Shown in pieces: positions 1 through 10,889 of a stretch of 64,000 bases of DNA. Position numbers and translations under genes: made by a program. The notes under the pieces are model-generated. The model saw nothing but the letters and a program-made list of their open reading frames with translations. It was not told where the DNA came from and ran no database searches. Numbering within the stretch: position 1 is the first letter of the stretch; every line of letters starts with the position of its first letter. This DNA is from an uncultured Clostridium sp. (GTDB taxonomy: Bacteria; Bacillota; Clostridia; TANB77; CAG-508), in contig CANSPP010000001.1 of assembly GCA_947648905.1 (NCBI GenBank), positions 460,114-524,113 of the forward strand, given 5' to 3'.

Positions 1-11
1 ATTATATTAAT

Positions 12-1739
12 ATGAAAGATGAAAAAACAAACAAAAAGAAAATTTTAATAGTAACAGCATTTCCAACACATGGAGCAGGAAGTGGAGCATTAATTACAAC
101 ACAAGCAAAATCTTATGTAGAAAATGGAGATGAAGTTGTAATTATAACAGGAAACAATAGAACAGACTTTGACAAATTAGAAGGAGTAAAATATCACATA
201 GTACCATTTACATCAGAGAGCGAAAATCCTGAAAAAATAGAAGGACAATGTCCATTTAATTATTTAATGTTTACAACACATACAGAAAGTACAGCAAATT
301 TTTGGAATGTAGGACTTGCAGAAATTGAAAAATATAACAAAATGTTTGAAGATGCAATAAAAGAAGAAGTAGAAAATTTCAAACCAGACATAATACACGC
401 ACAACACAATTGGTTAACAAGTAGTATATGTAACAATTTTGGAAAACCAGTAGCGCTAACAATACATGGAACAGATTTAATGGGATACAAAAAAGCTGGT
501 GAAAAACTTGAAGAAATAGGAGAACAACTATCTCAAATAAAAGATAATTTAGACAAAAAAGAATTAAATAATATAAAAAATATTGAAGAGATATATGCAA
601 AATCAGCAACAAAATCAGAAATAATGAGAGAATTAAAAAATTCAATTCAAACTAAAAAAATTGATATCTCAAAAGAAGAATTAGGAAAATTAATAGATAT
701 ATATGACAAAAAGAAACTATATGAATTATACAAGCAAGAAGCTGAAAAATCTGCAAAACAATCAGAAAGAATAATAGTAATTTCTGATGCACAAGAGAAA
801 GACTTTAATGATTTATTCCCAGGAAATGAAAAAAGAGTAAGACTTTTAGAAAATGGATATGATGCAAAAGTATTTTATCAAAAACAAGGAGTAAACAAAG
901 AAGAAATATTATCAAAATTAATAGGTGAAGAAAACAGTAAATGTGATAATTTAGCATTATTTGTTGGAAAATTTGCAGACTTTAAAGGAATAGACGCATT
1001 ATTAGATGCAACAAGAATTTATGAAAAACAAGCAGAACAAAAAGGCAAAAGCATTGAAACAATTATAGTAGGTTCTGGAGTATTAGATGAAACATTAAGA
1101 GCTCAAGCAGAAACATTAGGATTAAAACATACTCACTTTGTTGGAAGAAAAAATCATAGTGAAATTTGCGATTTACAAAATATAGCAGATGTTTCATTAA
1201 TACCATCAAGAAATGAGCCTTTTGGATTAGTAGTAATAGAAGGAACATCATGTGGACATCCTGTAATTGCAACTAATTCAGGAGGAATACCTGGAATATT
1301 AAATGTGAACAAAGAAGACTTGTCAGATAGTGAAAAAACATATACAACAAAATTAGGAGTTCTAGTTCCACCACTTCCAGAAAGACCAAGTCAATTAGAC
1401 GATGGAGGAAAAAAAGAATTAGATGTAATGACTACACAATATTCAATTATAGAAGATGAGCAAGAAAAAGCAAATTTTGTAAAGGAAATGGCAGTAGCAT
1501 TAAATTTAGAAGAAGATGGTGTATCAAAGTATTTAAGCCAATATATGAACACAGTAAATGGAATTAGTAAATCTGTAATGGATATCTGTGAAAAGAATTT
1601 GGAATTTAATAATGACGAGATTGCACAATATACAGAAAAGACATATTCTCAAGAAGTTATAAGAGATAAAATAATGGGAATATTTGAAGAAGCAGAAGTT
1701 GAACATAAAGATAAAAGAGAAAGTGATTTGTCTTTGTAA
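12..1739 (+). CDS. Glycosyltransferase family 4 (GT-B fold), long form with a K/E-rich insertion
   Basis: N-terminal FPTHGAGSG motif; C-terminal EPFGLVVIEG...NSGGIPGIL Glycos_transf_1 signature; ATG preceded by an A-rich leader; terminator hairpin follows at 1761-1788. Confidence 0.7.
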   Translation: MKDEKTNKKKILIVTAFPTHGAGSGALITTQAKSYVENGDEVVIITGNNRTDFDKLEGVKYHIVPFTSESENPEKIEGQCPFNYLMFTTHTESTANFWNVGLAEIEKYNKMFEDAIKEEVENFKPDIIHAQHNWLTSSICNNFGKPVALTIHGTDLMGYKKAGEKLEEIGEQLSQIKDNLDKKELNNIKNIEEIYAKSATKSEIMRELKNSIQTKKIDISKEELGKLIDIYDKKKLYELYKQEAEKSAKQSERIIVISDAQEKDFNDLFPGNEKRVRLLENGYDAKVFYQKQGVNKEEILSKLIGEENSKCDNLALFVGKFADFKGIDALLDATRIYEKQAEQKGKSIETIIVGSGVLDETLRAQAETLGLKHTHFVGRKNHSEICDLQNIADVSLIPSRNEPFGLVVIEGTSCGHPVIATNSGGIPGILNVNKEDLSDSEKTYTTKLGVLVPPLPERPSQLDDGGKKELDVMTTQYSIIEDEQEKANFVKEMAVALNLEEDGVSKYLSQYMNTVNGISKSVMDICEKNLEFNNDEIAQYTEKTYSQEVIRDKIMGIFEEAEVEHKDKRESDLSL

Positions 1740-1760
1740 AATTAAAATGTAAATAAAAAA

Positions 1761-1788
1761 GCATCAATGAAATTTGATGCTTTTTTTG
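1761..1788 (+). terminator. Rho-independent terminator (gcatcaatga aat ttgatgc + T7)
   Basis: Perfect 8 bp stem, 4-nt loop, T-run; seen in sequence. Confidence 0.6.
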
Positions 1789-1862
<74 letters not shown>

Positions 1863-1939
1863 AGTAATTTATTTACTATTACATTTTAACATACTTTTAA
1901 TTAAATGTGTAGAAATTTGATTAAAATTTTATAAAAATT

Positions 1940-1968
1940 TGATTTTTTATGTAAATTATGGTATACTT
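1940..1968 (+). promoter_or_regulatory. Sigma-A-type promoter: TTGATT, 17 bp spacer, extended -10 TGgTATACT
   Basis: Seen in sequence; followed by an ~85 nt leader with two nested inverted repeats (ctatgtct...agacatag and ttcggaga...tctccgaa). Confidence 0.5.
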
Positions 1969-2053
1969 TTATTATATAGTTTATCTATGTCTTTGAAAAT
2001 CATATCTATTTTCGGAGACATAGTTCTCCGAAACAAATGTAAGGAGGAAAAGT

Positions 2054-2227
2054 ATGATTATCAACATCCCTACTGCTTTAGTATTACTTTTTTGTTCTGG
2101 ATGTATTTTAAATTTTGCCTGCTCTAATACAAAGATAGATAACATAGTAGCTACTAATCTTAGTATTATTGGTTGCCTTATTGGAGGTGTTGCAGGAATA
2201 TCTTTAGTACTAGCTTTTATTATTTAA
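2054..2227 (+). CDS. Small hydrophobic Cys-containing peptide (57 aa) MIINIPTALVLLFCSGCILNFACSNTKIDNIVATNLSIIGCLIGGVAGISLVLAFII
   Basis: AAGGAGG RBS 6 nt upstream of the ATG; promoter at 1940; clean terminator hairpin 2241-2267; not in the supplied ORF table (frame differs from ORF 1939..2127). Confidence 0.4.
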   Translation: MIINIPTALVLLFCSGCILNFACSNTKIDNIVATNLSIIGCLIGGVAGISLVLAFII

Positions 2228-2240
2228 TCATACGAAAAAA

Positions 2241-2267
2241 GGAAGCTTTATAATAGCTTCCTTTTTT
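2241..2267 (+). terminator. Rho-independent terminator (ggaagcttta taat agcttcc + T7)
   Basis: Seen in sequence. Confidence 0.6.
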
Positions 2268-2623
2268 TGGTGGAGATGAGGAGAGTCGAACTCCTGTCCA
2301 TAATACTTTCCAAATAGACTTCTACAAGTTTAGTTTATCTTTTAAATTTTTCACAAATTCTCCGACAAACAGGATAATTTATGATATAGCTTTTTAAAAT
2401 ACCCACTACTTCAAAAGCAAAAGTAGTTTTGTTTCCTGGTTGGTTATGACACTTTATTCTTATCGACCAGGGCAATAAGATAAAGCGTAGCCGCATCTTA
2501 GGCAGCTAATGCTAATTCGTTATTATCAGCGTTTATTTTATTTTCCCGTTTTTTAAGTGGCCAACGAGAATCCACTACTTGCTATCTATTTTTCTGGTAG
2601 TATGTCGAAACCATTACATCCCC
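2268..2623 (-). ncRNA. ssrA: tmRNA (ssrA)
   Basis: Minus-strand 5' end GGGGATGTAATGGTTTCGAC is the canonical tmRNA start. The 3' end ...GGACAGGAGTTCGACTCTCCTCATCTCCACCA is a tRNA-like T-arm with acceptor and CCA. The acceptor pairs GGGGATG with CATCTCC through the G3.U70 alanine identity pair. An internal tag reading frame ...GCT GAT AAT AAC GAA TTA GCA TTA GCT GCC TAA encodes (A)DNNELALAA*. Confidence 0.9.
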
Positions 2624-2775
2624 AAGTACCTATTTATTATACTATATTTAGTATTAATTTTCAATAACTTTTATACTATTAAAATATAAAAATATGACAC
2701 TTTAAACAGTGCCATATTTCCCCTTTTTATTCACATCAATGTTATGAATTAGCGAGGGACGCTATTCTAGGAGTT

Positions 2776-3423
2776 CTACCCGATTTGATGTGTTTCTACA
2801 AACTCGTTATGACGAATGCAGTATACACCAGTTTCAGAGACGATGAGAAAATCACCAATATTTAAAATGGTAATCTCTGCTTCACCGTTTTCATTTGTCT
2901 CCATCCACTCGTCAACGCAGTACGTAAGACCATTAGCATAAAGCTCCGGAGTTACTTCTATACATCTGCGTTCCTCTTTTGGAGAAGTGATAAGAAGTAA
3001 GTCTTTTTTCAGATTGCACATCATATCTGCAAAAAGATGCTTTTCTTTTTCATTATCAATAGTGTTGAGAATATTAGACAGATTAATAAGAGCATCTGCA
3101 GAATTAACTCCTACAAAACGATGGCCTTTACTTGCTAATACTTTACTCTGTTTCCAAGTGTAAGAATCAGGTTTTCCACCTGTCATAAGGACTTTACCAT
3201 TGATAATCCGCATTACAACCTGAAAGGTTGCCTCGTCATAGATATGTCCCTCAGGTTGTTCTTTGGTAATAACATCCTGACGGAAAATCATTCCTAAGAG
3301 ACCAAGGTCATTCCATTTAGGGAAGATTATGTTCTCCATCTGCAGTTTTGTACAAGGTTTCATAAGAGAAGTAGCACGAGTTAGAATATCCCGGGTAGTT
3401 ATTTCTTTGTTTGCCATTACCAT
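2776..3423 (-). CDS. Hypothetical protein (215 aa), no recognisable family
   Basis: Long ORF with Firmicutes-type codon usage; GGAGG-type RBS (aaggaggaaagcaactATG on the minus strand). Confidence 0.5.
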   Translation of the reverse strand: MVMANKEITTRDILTRATSLMKPCTKLQMENIIFPKWNDLGLLGMIFRQDVITKEQPEGHIYDEATFQVVMRIINGKVLMTGGKPDSYTWKQSKVLASKGHRFVGVNSADALINLSNILNTIDNEKEKHLFADMMCNLKKDLLLITSPKEERRCIEVTPELYANGLTYCVDEWMETNENGEAEITILNIGDFLIVSETGVYCIRHNEFVETHQIG

Positions 3424-3569
3424 AGTTGCTTTCCTCCTTTATAAAATGCAAACTATAATTATTATAACATAGATTACATAAAAGAACAAATTGATATTTT
3501 TATAAAAGATTATTTTGTATAAGAATAAATTATAAAAATTTGGAAACAATAATTCCAAGAGGTGATATT

Positions 3570-3743
3570 ATGACAAGTAAAGAACTTTTATATGTTGAAG
3601 ATGCATTAGGACATGAAAATTTTATGAAAAAATGTGCATGTGAGACATCAAAAAAATTACAAGACCAAACTCTTGCAACATTTGTTAAAGAGTTAGAGCA
3701 AAAACACACAGAATTAGCAAACAAATTTCTAAATTTATTATAA
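3570..3743 (+). CDS. Small protein (57 aa) paired with a Coat_F-like gene
   Basis: AGAGGTG RBS then ATG; the upstream extension in the ORF table starts at TTG inside the RBS region. Confidence 0.4.
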   Translation: MTSKELLYVEDALGHENFMKKCACETSKKLQDQTLATFVKELEQKHTELANKFLNLL

Positions 3744-3753
3744 GGAGAGAGTT

Positions 3754-3996
3754 ATGGAAGATAAAGATTTAATGGAAAATGAATTATTAGTAATTAAAGG
3801 AGTATGTGACTTATATCTTCATGGGACAATAGAATCATCAACAGCAGAAGTGCATACAGCATTTAAAGAAGCCTTAAATGAAACATTAAATATTCAAAAC
3901 AAAATATACAATTTAATGGCTGAAAAGGGATGGTATAAAACAGACGTAGCTGAACAAACAAAAATTGATAGCGCAAAACAAAAATTTTCAAAATAA
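3754..3996 (+). CDS. Coat_F domain (spore-coat protein F-like) protein
   Basis: Pattern ...ALNETLNIQNKIYNLMAEKGWYKTD resembles the Coat_F/YhcQ family; AAGGAGAG RBS. Confidence 0.45.
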   Translation: MEDKDLMENELLVIKGVCDLYLHGTIESSTAEVHTAFKEALNETLNIQNKIYNLMAEKGWYKTDVAEQTKIDSAKQKFSK

Positions 3997-4194
3997 AAAT
4001 ATCCAATAGCTTAAACATTTAGGCTATTGGACATTTTTTATTTTTTGATTTTTAACTTATCAGGAAGAATAAATTCTTTACCATTCAAATAATTCAAAAT
4101 ATCACTATCATTTTTAAAATTAAATCTTAAAATATAACTTTGAAGCATTTGATACTTTTTACCAAAAGTCTTATTAACAGTATTTTTGCCATAC

Positions 4195-4911
4195 TTACCG
4201 GTCACCAATGATAGGAAAACCTAAATAAGCCAAATGAGCACGAATTTGATGAGTCTTCCCGGTTTCAATCTGAACATCTAAAAGAGAAGTGTTATTTTCA
4301 TATTTTTGCAAAACAGAATAAGTAGTTATAATTTTTTGATATCCCTTTTTAGGACAATTACTAATATAAACCTGCGATTTTTTATTATCCTTAAATAAAA
4401 AAGCCTCACATCTTTTTTGTTGAATTTTTGGAACACCATAAACCCAAGCCAAATAATGTTTTTCAATCTCGTGATTTTCAAACTTTTTCAAAAGAATATT
4501 TAAAGCCTGTTCATTTTTTGCAAACAGCACCAAACCAGTAGTATTTCTATCAATTCTATGGCAAGGCATAGGCTTAAAACCAGAATGATATTCTTCATGT
4601 ACATATGTGGTAAGGCTGTTATCGCCAGTAACTTCAATATTATAAGGTTTGTTTATAATTAAAATATTATCATCTTCGAAAAACACATCTAAATTAAAAC
4701 TAGGTTTTAAAAGCTCATCAGAAATATAAACCAAAACCTCATCGTCTTCAAAAATTGTTACATTTTCAGTAACTCTTTTATTATTAACTTTGATATCCTT
4801 TTTTCGTAGAGTCTTGTAAAATAAGCTAGAAGACACAGTTGGCATATTTTCAAATATAAATTTATTTAATTTTTTTCCATTTGATTTTTTATTAACAATT
4901 AACTTTTTCAT
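4195..4911 (-). CDS. RluA-family 23S rRNA/tRNA pseudouridine synthase
   Basis: HRIDRNTTGLVLFAKN and GKTHQIRAHLAYLGFPIIGD catalytic motifs. The ORF-table N-terminal extension (MSNWGRFFFG...) is translation of the REP element, so the true start is probably MKKLIVNKK. Confidence 0.8.
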   Translation of the reverse strand: MKKLIVNKKSNGKKLNKFIFENMPTVSSSLFYKTLRKKDIKVNNKRVTENVTIFEDDEVLVYISDELLKPSFNLDVFFEDDNILIINKPYNIEVTGDNSLTTYVHEEYHSGFKPMPCHRIDRNTTGLVLFAKNEQALNILLKKFENHEIEKHYLAWVYGVPKIQQKRCEAFLFKDNKKSQVYISNCPKKGYQKIITTYSVLQKYENNTSLLDVQIETGKTHQIRAHLAYLGFPIIGDR

Positions 4912-4947
4912 AAAATAATTATACCTTGAAACAGGCGAAAAAGCAAG

Positions 4948-5010
4948 TGTCCAATTGGGGACGTTTCTTTCTTGGATATGTCCAAAAAAGAAACGTCCCC
5001 AATTGGACAT
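4948..5010. repeat. REP-like palindromic element: inverted pair of the unit GAAACGTCCCCAATTGGACA
   Basis: TGTCCAATTGGGGACGTTTCTTTCTTGGA tat gTCCAAAAAAGAAACGTCCCCAATTGGACA; arms nearly perfectly complementary (~28 bp). Confidence 0.8.
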
Positions 5011-5073
5011 AAATTGAAGATGAATTTAATATAATAGATATGTGAACTTTGTGTGAAAAAATATAAAAACTAT

Positions 5074-5129
5074 TGACATTTAAAAATAAAAGGTATAAAT
5101 TATTAGCAGTCGCACAAAGAGAGTGCTAA
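5074..5129 (+). promoter_or_regulatory. groESL promoter (TTGACA, 17 bp, TATAAAT) followed by a CIRCE operator TTAGCAGTC-N9-GAGTGCTAA (5103-5129)
   Basis: Matches the CIRCE consensus TTAGCACTC-N9-GAGTGCTAA (HrcA site). Confidence 0.85.
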
Positions 5130-5140
5130 TAAAATTTTAA

Positions 5141-5434
<294 letters not shown>

Positions 5435-5491
5435 AATGTTGGGTGTTTTTAAGGGTTGTCCCAAAAAACATCAGAAAGAAAGGAAGGATAA

Positions 5492-7135
<1,644 letters not shown>

Positions 7136-7207
7136 AATATAACTTTATAGACACCGAAAAAAACCAAAAGAAAAGTAGCTATTACATTGAAATGGCTACT
7201 TTTCTTT

Positions 7208-7284
7208 TGGTGCCAACAGGCAGAATTGAACTGCCGACCTACGGGTTACGAATCCGTTGCTCTACCAACTGAGCTATATTGGCA
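7208..7284 (-). tRNA. tRNA-Thr (anticodon CGU)
   Basis: Reverse complement is GCCAATATAGCTCAGTTGGTAGAGCAACGGATTCGTAACCCGTAGGTCGGCAGTTCAATTCTGCCTGTTGGCACCA. Anticodon loop TTCGTAA; close to E. coli thrW. Confidence 0.8.
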
Positions 7285-7391
7285 AATACTATTGAATTAT
7301 ATCATAAGCAAAAAAGAATATCAAGAGAAAGATACTAAATATTAAGAGGTAAACGCATATTGAATTTACATAAAAAAAGTGTCGAAAATTG

Positions 7392-7426
7392 ACTATTTAT
7401 GTAAAAGTATGCTATAATATCGAAGA
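7392..7426 (+). promoter_or_regulatory. Promoter TTGACT, 17 bp, TGcTATAAT, followed by an ~110 nt structured leader
   Basis: Seen in sequence. Confidence 0.45.
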
Positions 7427-7540
7427 CAAAGGGAAACCTTTTGTAAATTACTTTTTTCACTGACTAGTGAGAAAATAAACTTCTTGCGAGTTAGTTTAAC
7501 ATAGATAGGCAAAACTTAAGGAAATAGGAGGACATCAGAT

Positions 7541-7912
7541 ATGTTGATTAACTTTTTTGTGTGGTTTATTGAATATGGATTTAGTTTTTTACTAGCAAAT
7601 ATTTTTGATGGACTAGAACAGGAAAGAATGTTTTATTGTATTTATTTCCTAGTTCCTATTATTCTATTGACTATACGTGTTGTTGCACTAATAATTCAAA
7701 TTGAACTGATATCTAATTTGCTTGGCGAAGAAGCGGATCATGGTGTAAATGGAATCGTTACCTGTGTTATAGCATTAAACATACTTAAAAATGTGATTGT
7801 TCTAATTGTAGTAACTTGGGTAATAACAAAAATATTTTATATAGATTTTTTTGTTGCATTTCAAATTATAACATTTGGACAATGTTTATGCTCCACAGAA
7901 CAAGAAGATTAA
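7541..7912 (+). CDS. Small integral membrane protein (123 aa), hypothetical
   Basis: GGAGG RBS; 3-4 hydrophobic segments; terminator aaaccgcaaaagcggttttt at 7921-7945. Confidence 0.5.
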   Translation: MLINFFVWFIEYGFSFLLANIFDGLEQERMFYCIYFLVPIILLTIRVVALIIQIELISNLLGEEADHGVNGIVTCVIALNILKNVIVLIVVTWVITKIFYIDFFVAFQIITFGQCLCSTEQED

Positions 7913-8005
7913 AAAATAGAAACCGCAAAAGCGGTTTTTATTTTTTTGAACCCACGATATTAATACAACAAACAGAAAACGTGAAATAAAATCGTAAAAT
8001 ATCTT

Positions 8006-8048
8006 GACTTAATTCATAACTATTTATAAAATAGTTATGAATTAAGTC
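8006..8048. promoter_or_regulatory. 17 bp perfect inverted repeat (GACTTAATTCATAACTA n9 TAGTTATGAATTAAGTC) overlapping the -35/-10 (TTGACT ... TAAAAT); putative repressor operator
   Basis: Seen in sequence; an imperfect copy lies upstream of the paralogue at 10890-10934. Confidence 0.6.
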
Positions 8049-8218
8049 TATTTTTGTACATAGTAAAATTAAGAACAAAGAATACTATTTGCGAAAGTGG
8101 AAATAATTTAAATAAAGAAAATAATATATTACTTATTTACATAATGTAAAAATATGTAATAAAATAAAAAACAGTAAAGCAAAAGAAAAAGCAAAACAAA
8201 AGAGAGGAGAAATTTTTT

Positions 8219-9391
8219 ATGCAAATAAAAAATAGAAAAACAAATAACAAAGGTATTACATTAATAGCTTTAGTAATTACAATTATAGTATTATTAATCT
8301 TAGCAGGAGTAGCAATAGCGACGTTAACAGGAGATAATGGAGTACTAACAAAAGCAGCAAAAGCGAAACAAGAAACACAAAAAGCGACAGAAGACGAGCT
8401 AAGAAGACTAACAATGTTAAAAGCAATATCAAACATTGAAAATACAACGTATACAGAGACTAATGGAGATAAAGCAACTATTCCAGCTGGATTTGCGGTG
8501 TCACAAGTAGAAGGAGAAAATACAGTACAAAACGGATTAGTTATAATAGATGCTAATGGCAATGAGTTTGTATGGATACCAGTACCAACTGCTATATCAG
8601 ACACAGAAGCAAATGGAACAACAAATAAGGCAATGGCAATAAATTTGGGAACAGAAGAAAATCCACAATATAGAGGATTGTTATATGACTTTACTGATAC
8701 AGACTCAACTGTAAGAAGTGGATGTACAACAACTACAAGTAGTTATAGAGAACCAGCATATTTAACAGATAGCTCAACTGGAGATGTATCTAGTTATAAT
8801 ACAGTAGGAATAACAGAAGCAAGCTTACAAAATGATTACAATGATATGATAAAAAGTGTATATTTAAATAATGGATTTTATGTAGCAAGATATGAGATGA
8901 GTTTAGATGCAAATAAAAATGCACAATCAAAGAAAAATGTAACATCAACAGATGCTTCACAGGCTGATACAAATATGTGGTATGGATTATATAATAAGGC
9001 TAAAAATTATGCATTAAAAACAGATACTACAAAAAATGTAGTAAGTAGTATGATATGGGGAAGCCAATATGATGCAATGATGAATTGGATGCATAAAGAT
9101 AGTAATGTAAATGTTAATTCAAAAACACCTGTAGCAGGGACAAGTAAAAATACAACAAGAATAACAGGTGGACCAAATGAAGGAGAAACTGAAAGTAAAG
9201 ATATATTAAAAAATGTATATGATTTATTAGGTAATAGTAGGGAATGGACATTAGAGGCCTACAATTCCAGCTATCGACTTAGTCGTGGTGGCAGTTACGG
9301 CGACAGCGGTTCCCCAGCTAGTCGCGTCGGCAGCAATCCAGACGACACCAACGACAGCGGTGGTGGCAGGCTCGCACTTTATATAAAGTAG
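8219..9391 (+). CDS. Type-IV-pilin-like N-terminus + FGE-sulfatase/C-type-lectin-fold domain protein; putative DGR target, copy 1
   Basis: N-terminus MQIKNRKTNNKGITLIALVITIIVLLILAGVAIATLTG is a prepilin-like leader and hydrophobic helix. C-terminal domain has GNEFVWIPVP, GFYVARYEMS, MIWGSQYDAMMNWM, NVYDLLGNSREWTLE...RGGSY...R...GGRLALY, i.e. FGE-sulfatase (PF03781-like) motifs. The last ~125 bp (9261-9376) are GC-rich and A-poor. Confidence 0.75.
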   Translation: MQIKNRKTNNKGITLIALVITIIVLLILAGVAIATLTGDNGVLTKAAKAKQETQKATEDELRRLTMLKAISNIENTTYTETNGDKATIPAGFAVSQVEGENTVQNGLVIIDANGNEFVWIPVPTAISDTEANGTTNKAMAINLGTEENPQYRGLLYDFTDTDSTVRSGCTTTTSSYREPAYLTDSSTGDVSSYNTVGITEASLQNDYNDMIKSVYLNNGFYVARYEMSLDANKNAQSKKNVTSTDASQADTNMWYGLYNKAKNYALKTDTTKNVVSSMIWGSQYDAMMNWMHKDSNVNVNSKTPVAGTSKNTTRITGGPNEGETESKDILKNVYDLLGNSREWTLEAYNSSYRLSRGGSYGDSGSPASRVGSNPDDTNDSGGGRLALYIK

Positions 9392-9848
9392 GACTGAATG
9401 CTGTGAAAACTAAAATTAAAACTAATTCGAGAGCAGTTTTAAATAGAGTAATTGAATATAAGAACTCGGCGAATGTAAGTTGAAGCTTCCTTTTGGAAGC
9501 TTTTTTTGTGCGTCTTAGCACAAAAAACTTCTGGAGAAGAATTTAAGCCAATAGGAACAGAAAGCTATCTATAGGCAGAAGTACAAATGGTAAAGACCTT
9601 TAATTGATATTCTATTTTAAATTGGCAATAAAATAGAGAAACTTACATTTTTTATCTGAGTGAATTGCATCAGTAAACAATTTTTTTTGCAAATAACCTC
9701 CCTACCCGCTCCATTTTATATCAACTTACGAACTAATAAGTTTGTAGGTTATTTTTATATATAAATTTTAACATTAAAAACAATAAAGGACTTGACAATG
9801 GAGAACAAATGTTTTAAAATATATAAAGTAAGAAAAGGATGTGAAATC

Positions 9849-10748
9849 ATGGAAGAAAATAAATTACTAATTCAAAATGAATTATCAAATGAAGATATAA
9901 AAAAATTAATATATACAATAAGAGGAAAGCAAGTTATGCTAGATAGTGATGTAGCTATGTTATATCATTATGAAACAAAGAAAATAAATCAGACTGTGAA
10001 AAGAAATATACAAAGATTTCCAGAAAAGTTCTGTTTCAAATTAACAGAAGAAGAATTGGAAACTATGTGGTCACAAATTGTGACCACTTCGAAGTTAGAA
10101 GATAATAAATATAGGAGTAAAAAATATTTACCATATGTATTTACAGAACAAGGAATAGCTATGCTGTCTGGTTTGTTAAAAAATGACATAGCTGTTCAAG
10201 TGAGTATACATATTATGGATGCTTTTGTTGAAATGAGAAAATTTTTAATGTTAAATGGACAAGTATTTGAAAGATTAACAAGTATGGAATATAAATTATT
10301 AGAACATGATAAAAAATTTGATGAAGTTTTTAATCAACTACAATTAAAAGAAAACATTAAACAGAGAGTATTTTTTGATGGTCAAATATATGATGCATAT
10401 AGCATCATTATTGATATTATAAAAAAGGCAAATAGCAAAATTTTAATTATAGACAATTATATTGATGATAGCGTTTTGAAAATGCTAGCTAAAAAGAAAA
10501 ATAATGTAGAAATAGTTATTCTAACATCAGATAAAAGTAATATTGATAATTTAGATATAAAAAAATTCAATAAAGAATATCCTATTCTTAAAGTTTCTAA
10601 AACAAACAAATTCCATGACAGATTTATTGTAATAGACAATAAAGAAATGTATCATTTGGGAGCTTCTATAAAAGACTTGGGTAAAAAATGTTTTGCAATT
10701 AATAGAATTGAAGATACAGAAATAATAGAAAAAATTATAAATTTGTAA
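9849..10748 (+). CDS. ORF6N-domain protein (phage antirepressor-like N-terminus) with a C-terminal HDRF...YHLGASIKDLGKK domain
   Basis: IYTIRGKQVMLDSDVAMLYHYETKKINQTVKRNIQRFPEKFCFKLT...YLPYVFTEQGIAMLSGLL matches the ORF6N domain. The ORF-table start at 9792 is the promoter -35 (TTGACA, 17 bp, TAAAAT); true start is ATG 9849 behind the RBS aaaaggatgtg. Confidence 0.7.
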   Translation: MEENKLLIQNELSNEDIKKLIYTIRGKQVMLDSDVAMLYHYETKKINQTVKRNIQRFPEKFCFKLTEEELETMWSQIVTTSKLEDNKYRSKKYLPYVFTEQGIAMLSGLLKNDIAVQVSIHIMDAFVEMRKFLMLNGQVFERLTSMEYKLLEHDKKFDEVFNQLQLKENIKQRVFFDGQIYDAYSIIIDIIKKANSKILIIDNYIDDSVLKMLAKKKNNVEIVILTSDKSNIDNLDIKKFNKEYPILKVSKTNKFHDRFIVIDNKEMYHLGASIKDLGKKCFAINRIEDTEIIEKIINL

Positions 10749-10889
10749 ATGTTTGAGGTCACAAATTGTGACTTCAAAGGTATTATAAAATATTACATCT
10801 AAATGTAGTGTTACAATAGATGTGAAACAAGAGAAAGAAATCCGTACGACATTAATATAATAAACAGAAATAAAATCGTAAAACATATT

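Noticed and set aside
1939-2127. ORF-table ORF 1939-2127 (MIFYVNYGILLLYSL...)
   Set aside because: It overlaps the promoter and leader and has no RBS. The 2054-2227 frame with its AAGGAGG RBS is the credible small gene.
4912-5010. N-terminal extensions beginning MSNWGRF... on several ORF-table entries (rluA 4195-5010; also ORFs 55619-55816, 56815-57390, 57191-57808) and the extensions on radA (55784) and disA (57258)
   Set aside because: These are translations of the REP palindromes (GTCCAATTGGGGACGTTTC). The true starts sit downstream with proper RBSs.
8137-8604. Minus-strand ORFs overlapping the pilin-like genes (8137-8604, 11013-11648), and many Leu-rich antisense ORFs across the window (e.g. 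38970-39383, 49328-49723, 52577-53002)
   Set aside because: Low-complexity antisense translations of AT-rich coding sequence with no RBS or promoter support. The sense-strand genes have clear homology.
9792-9848. ORF-table start of the ORF6N gene at 9792 (MTMENKCFKIYKVRKG...)
   Set aside because: The 'TTG ACA' used as a start is the -35 hexamer of a TTGACA-17-TAAAAT promoter. The real start is ATG 9849 behind an RBS.
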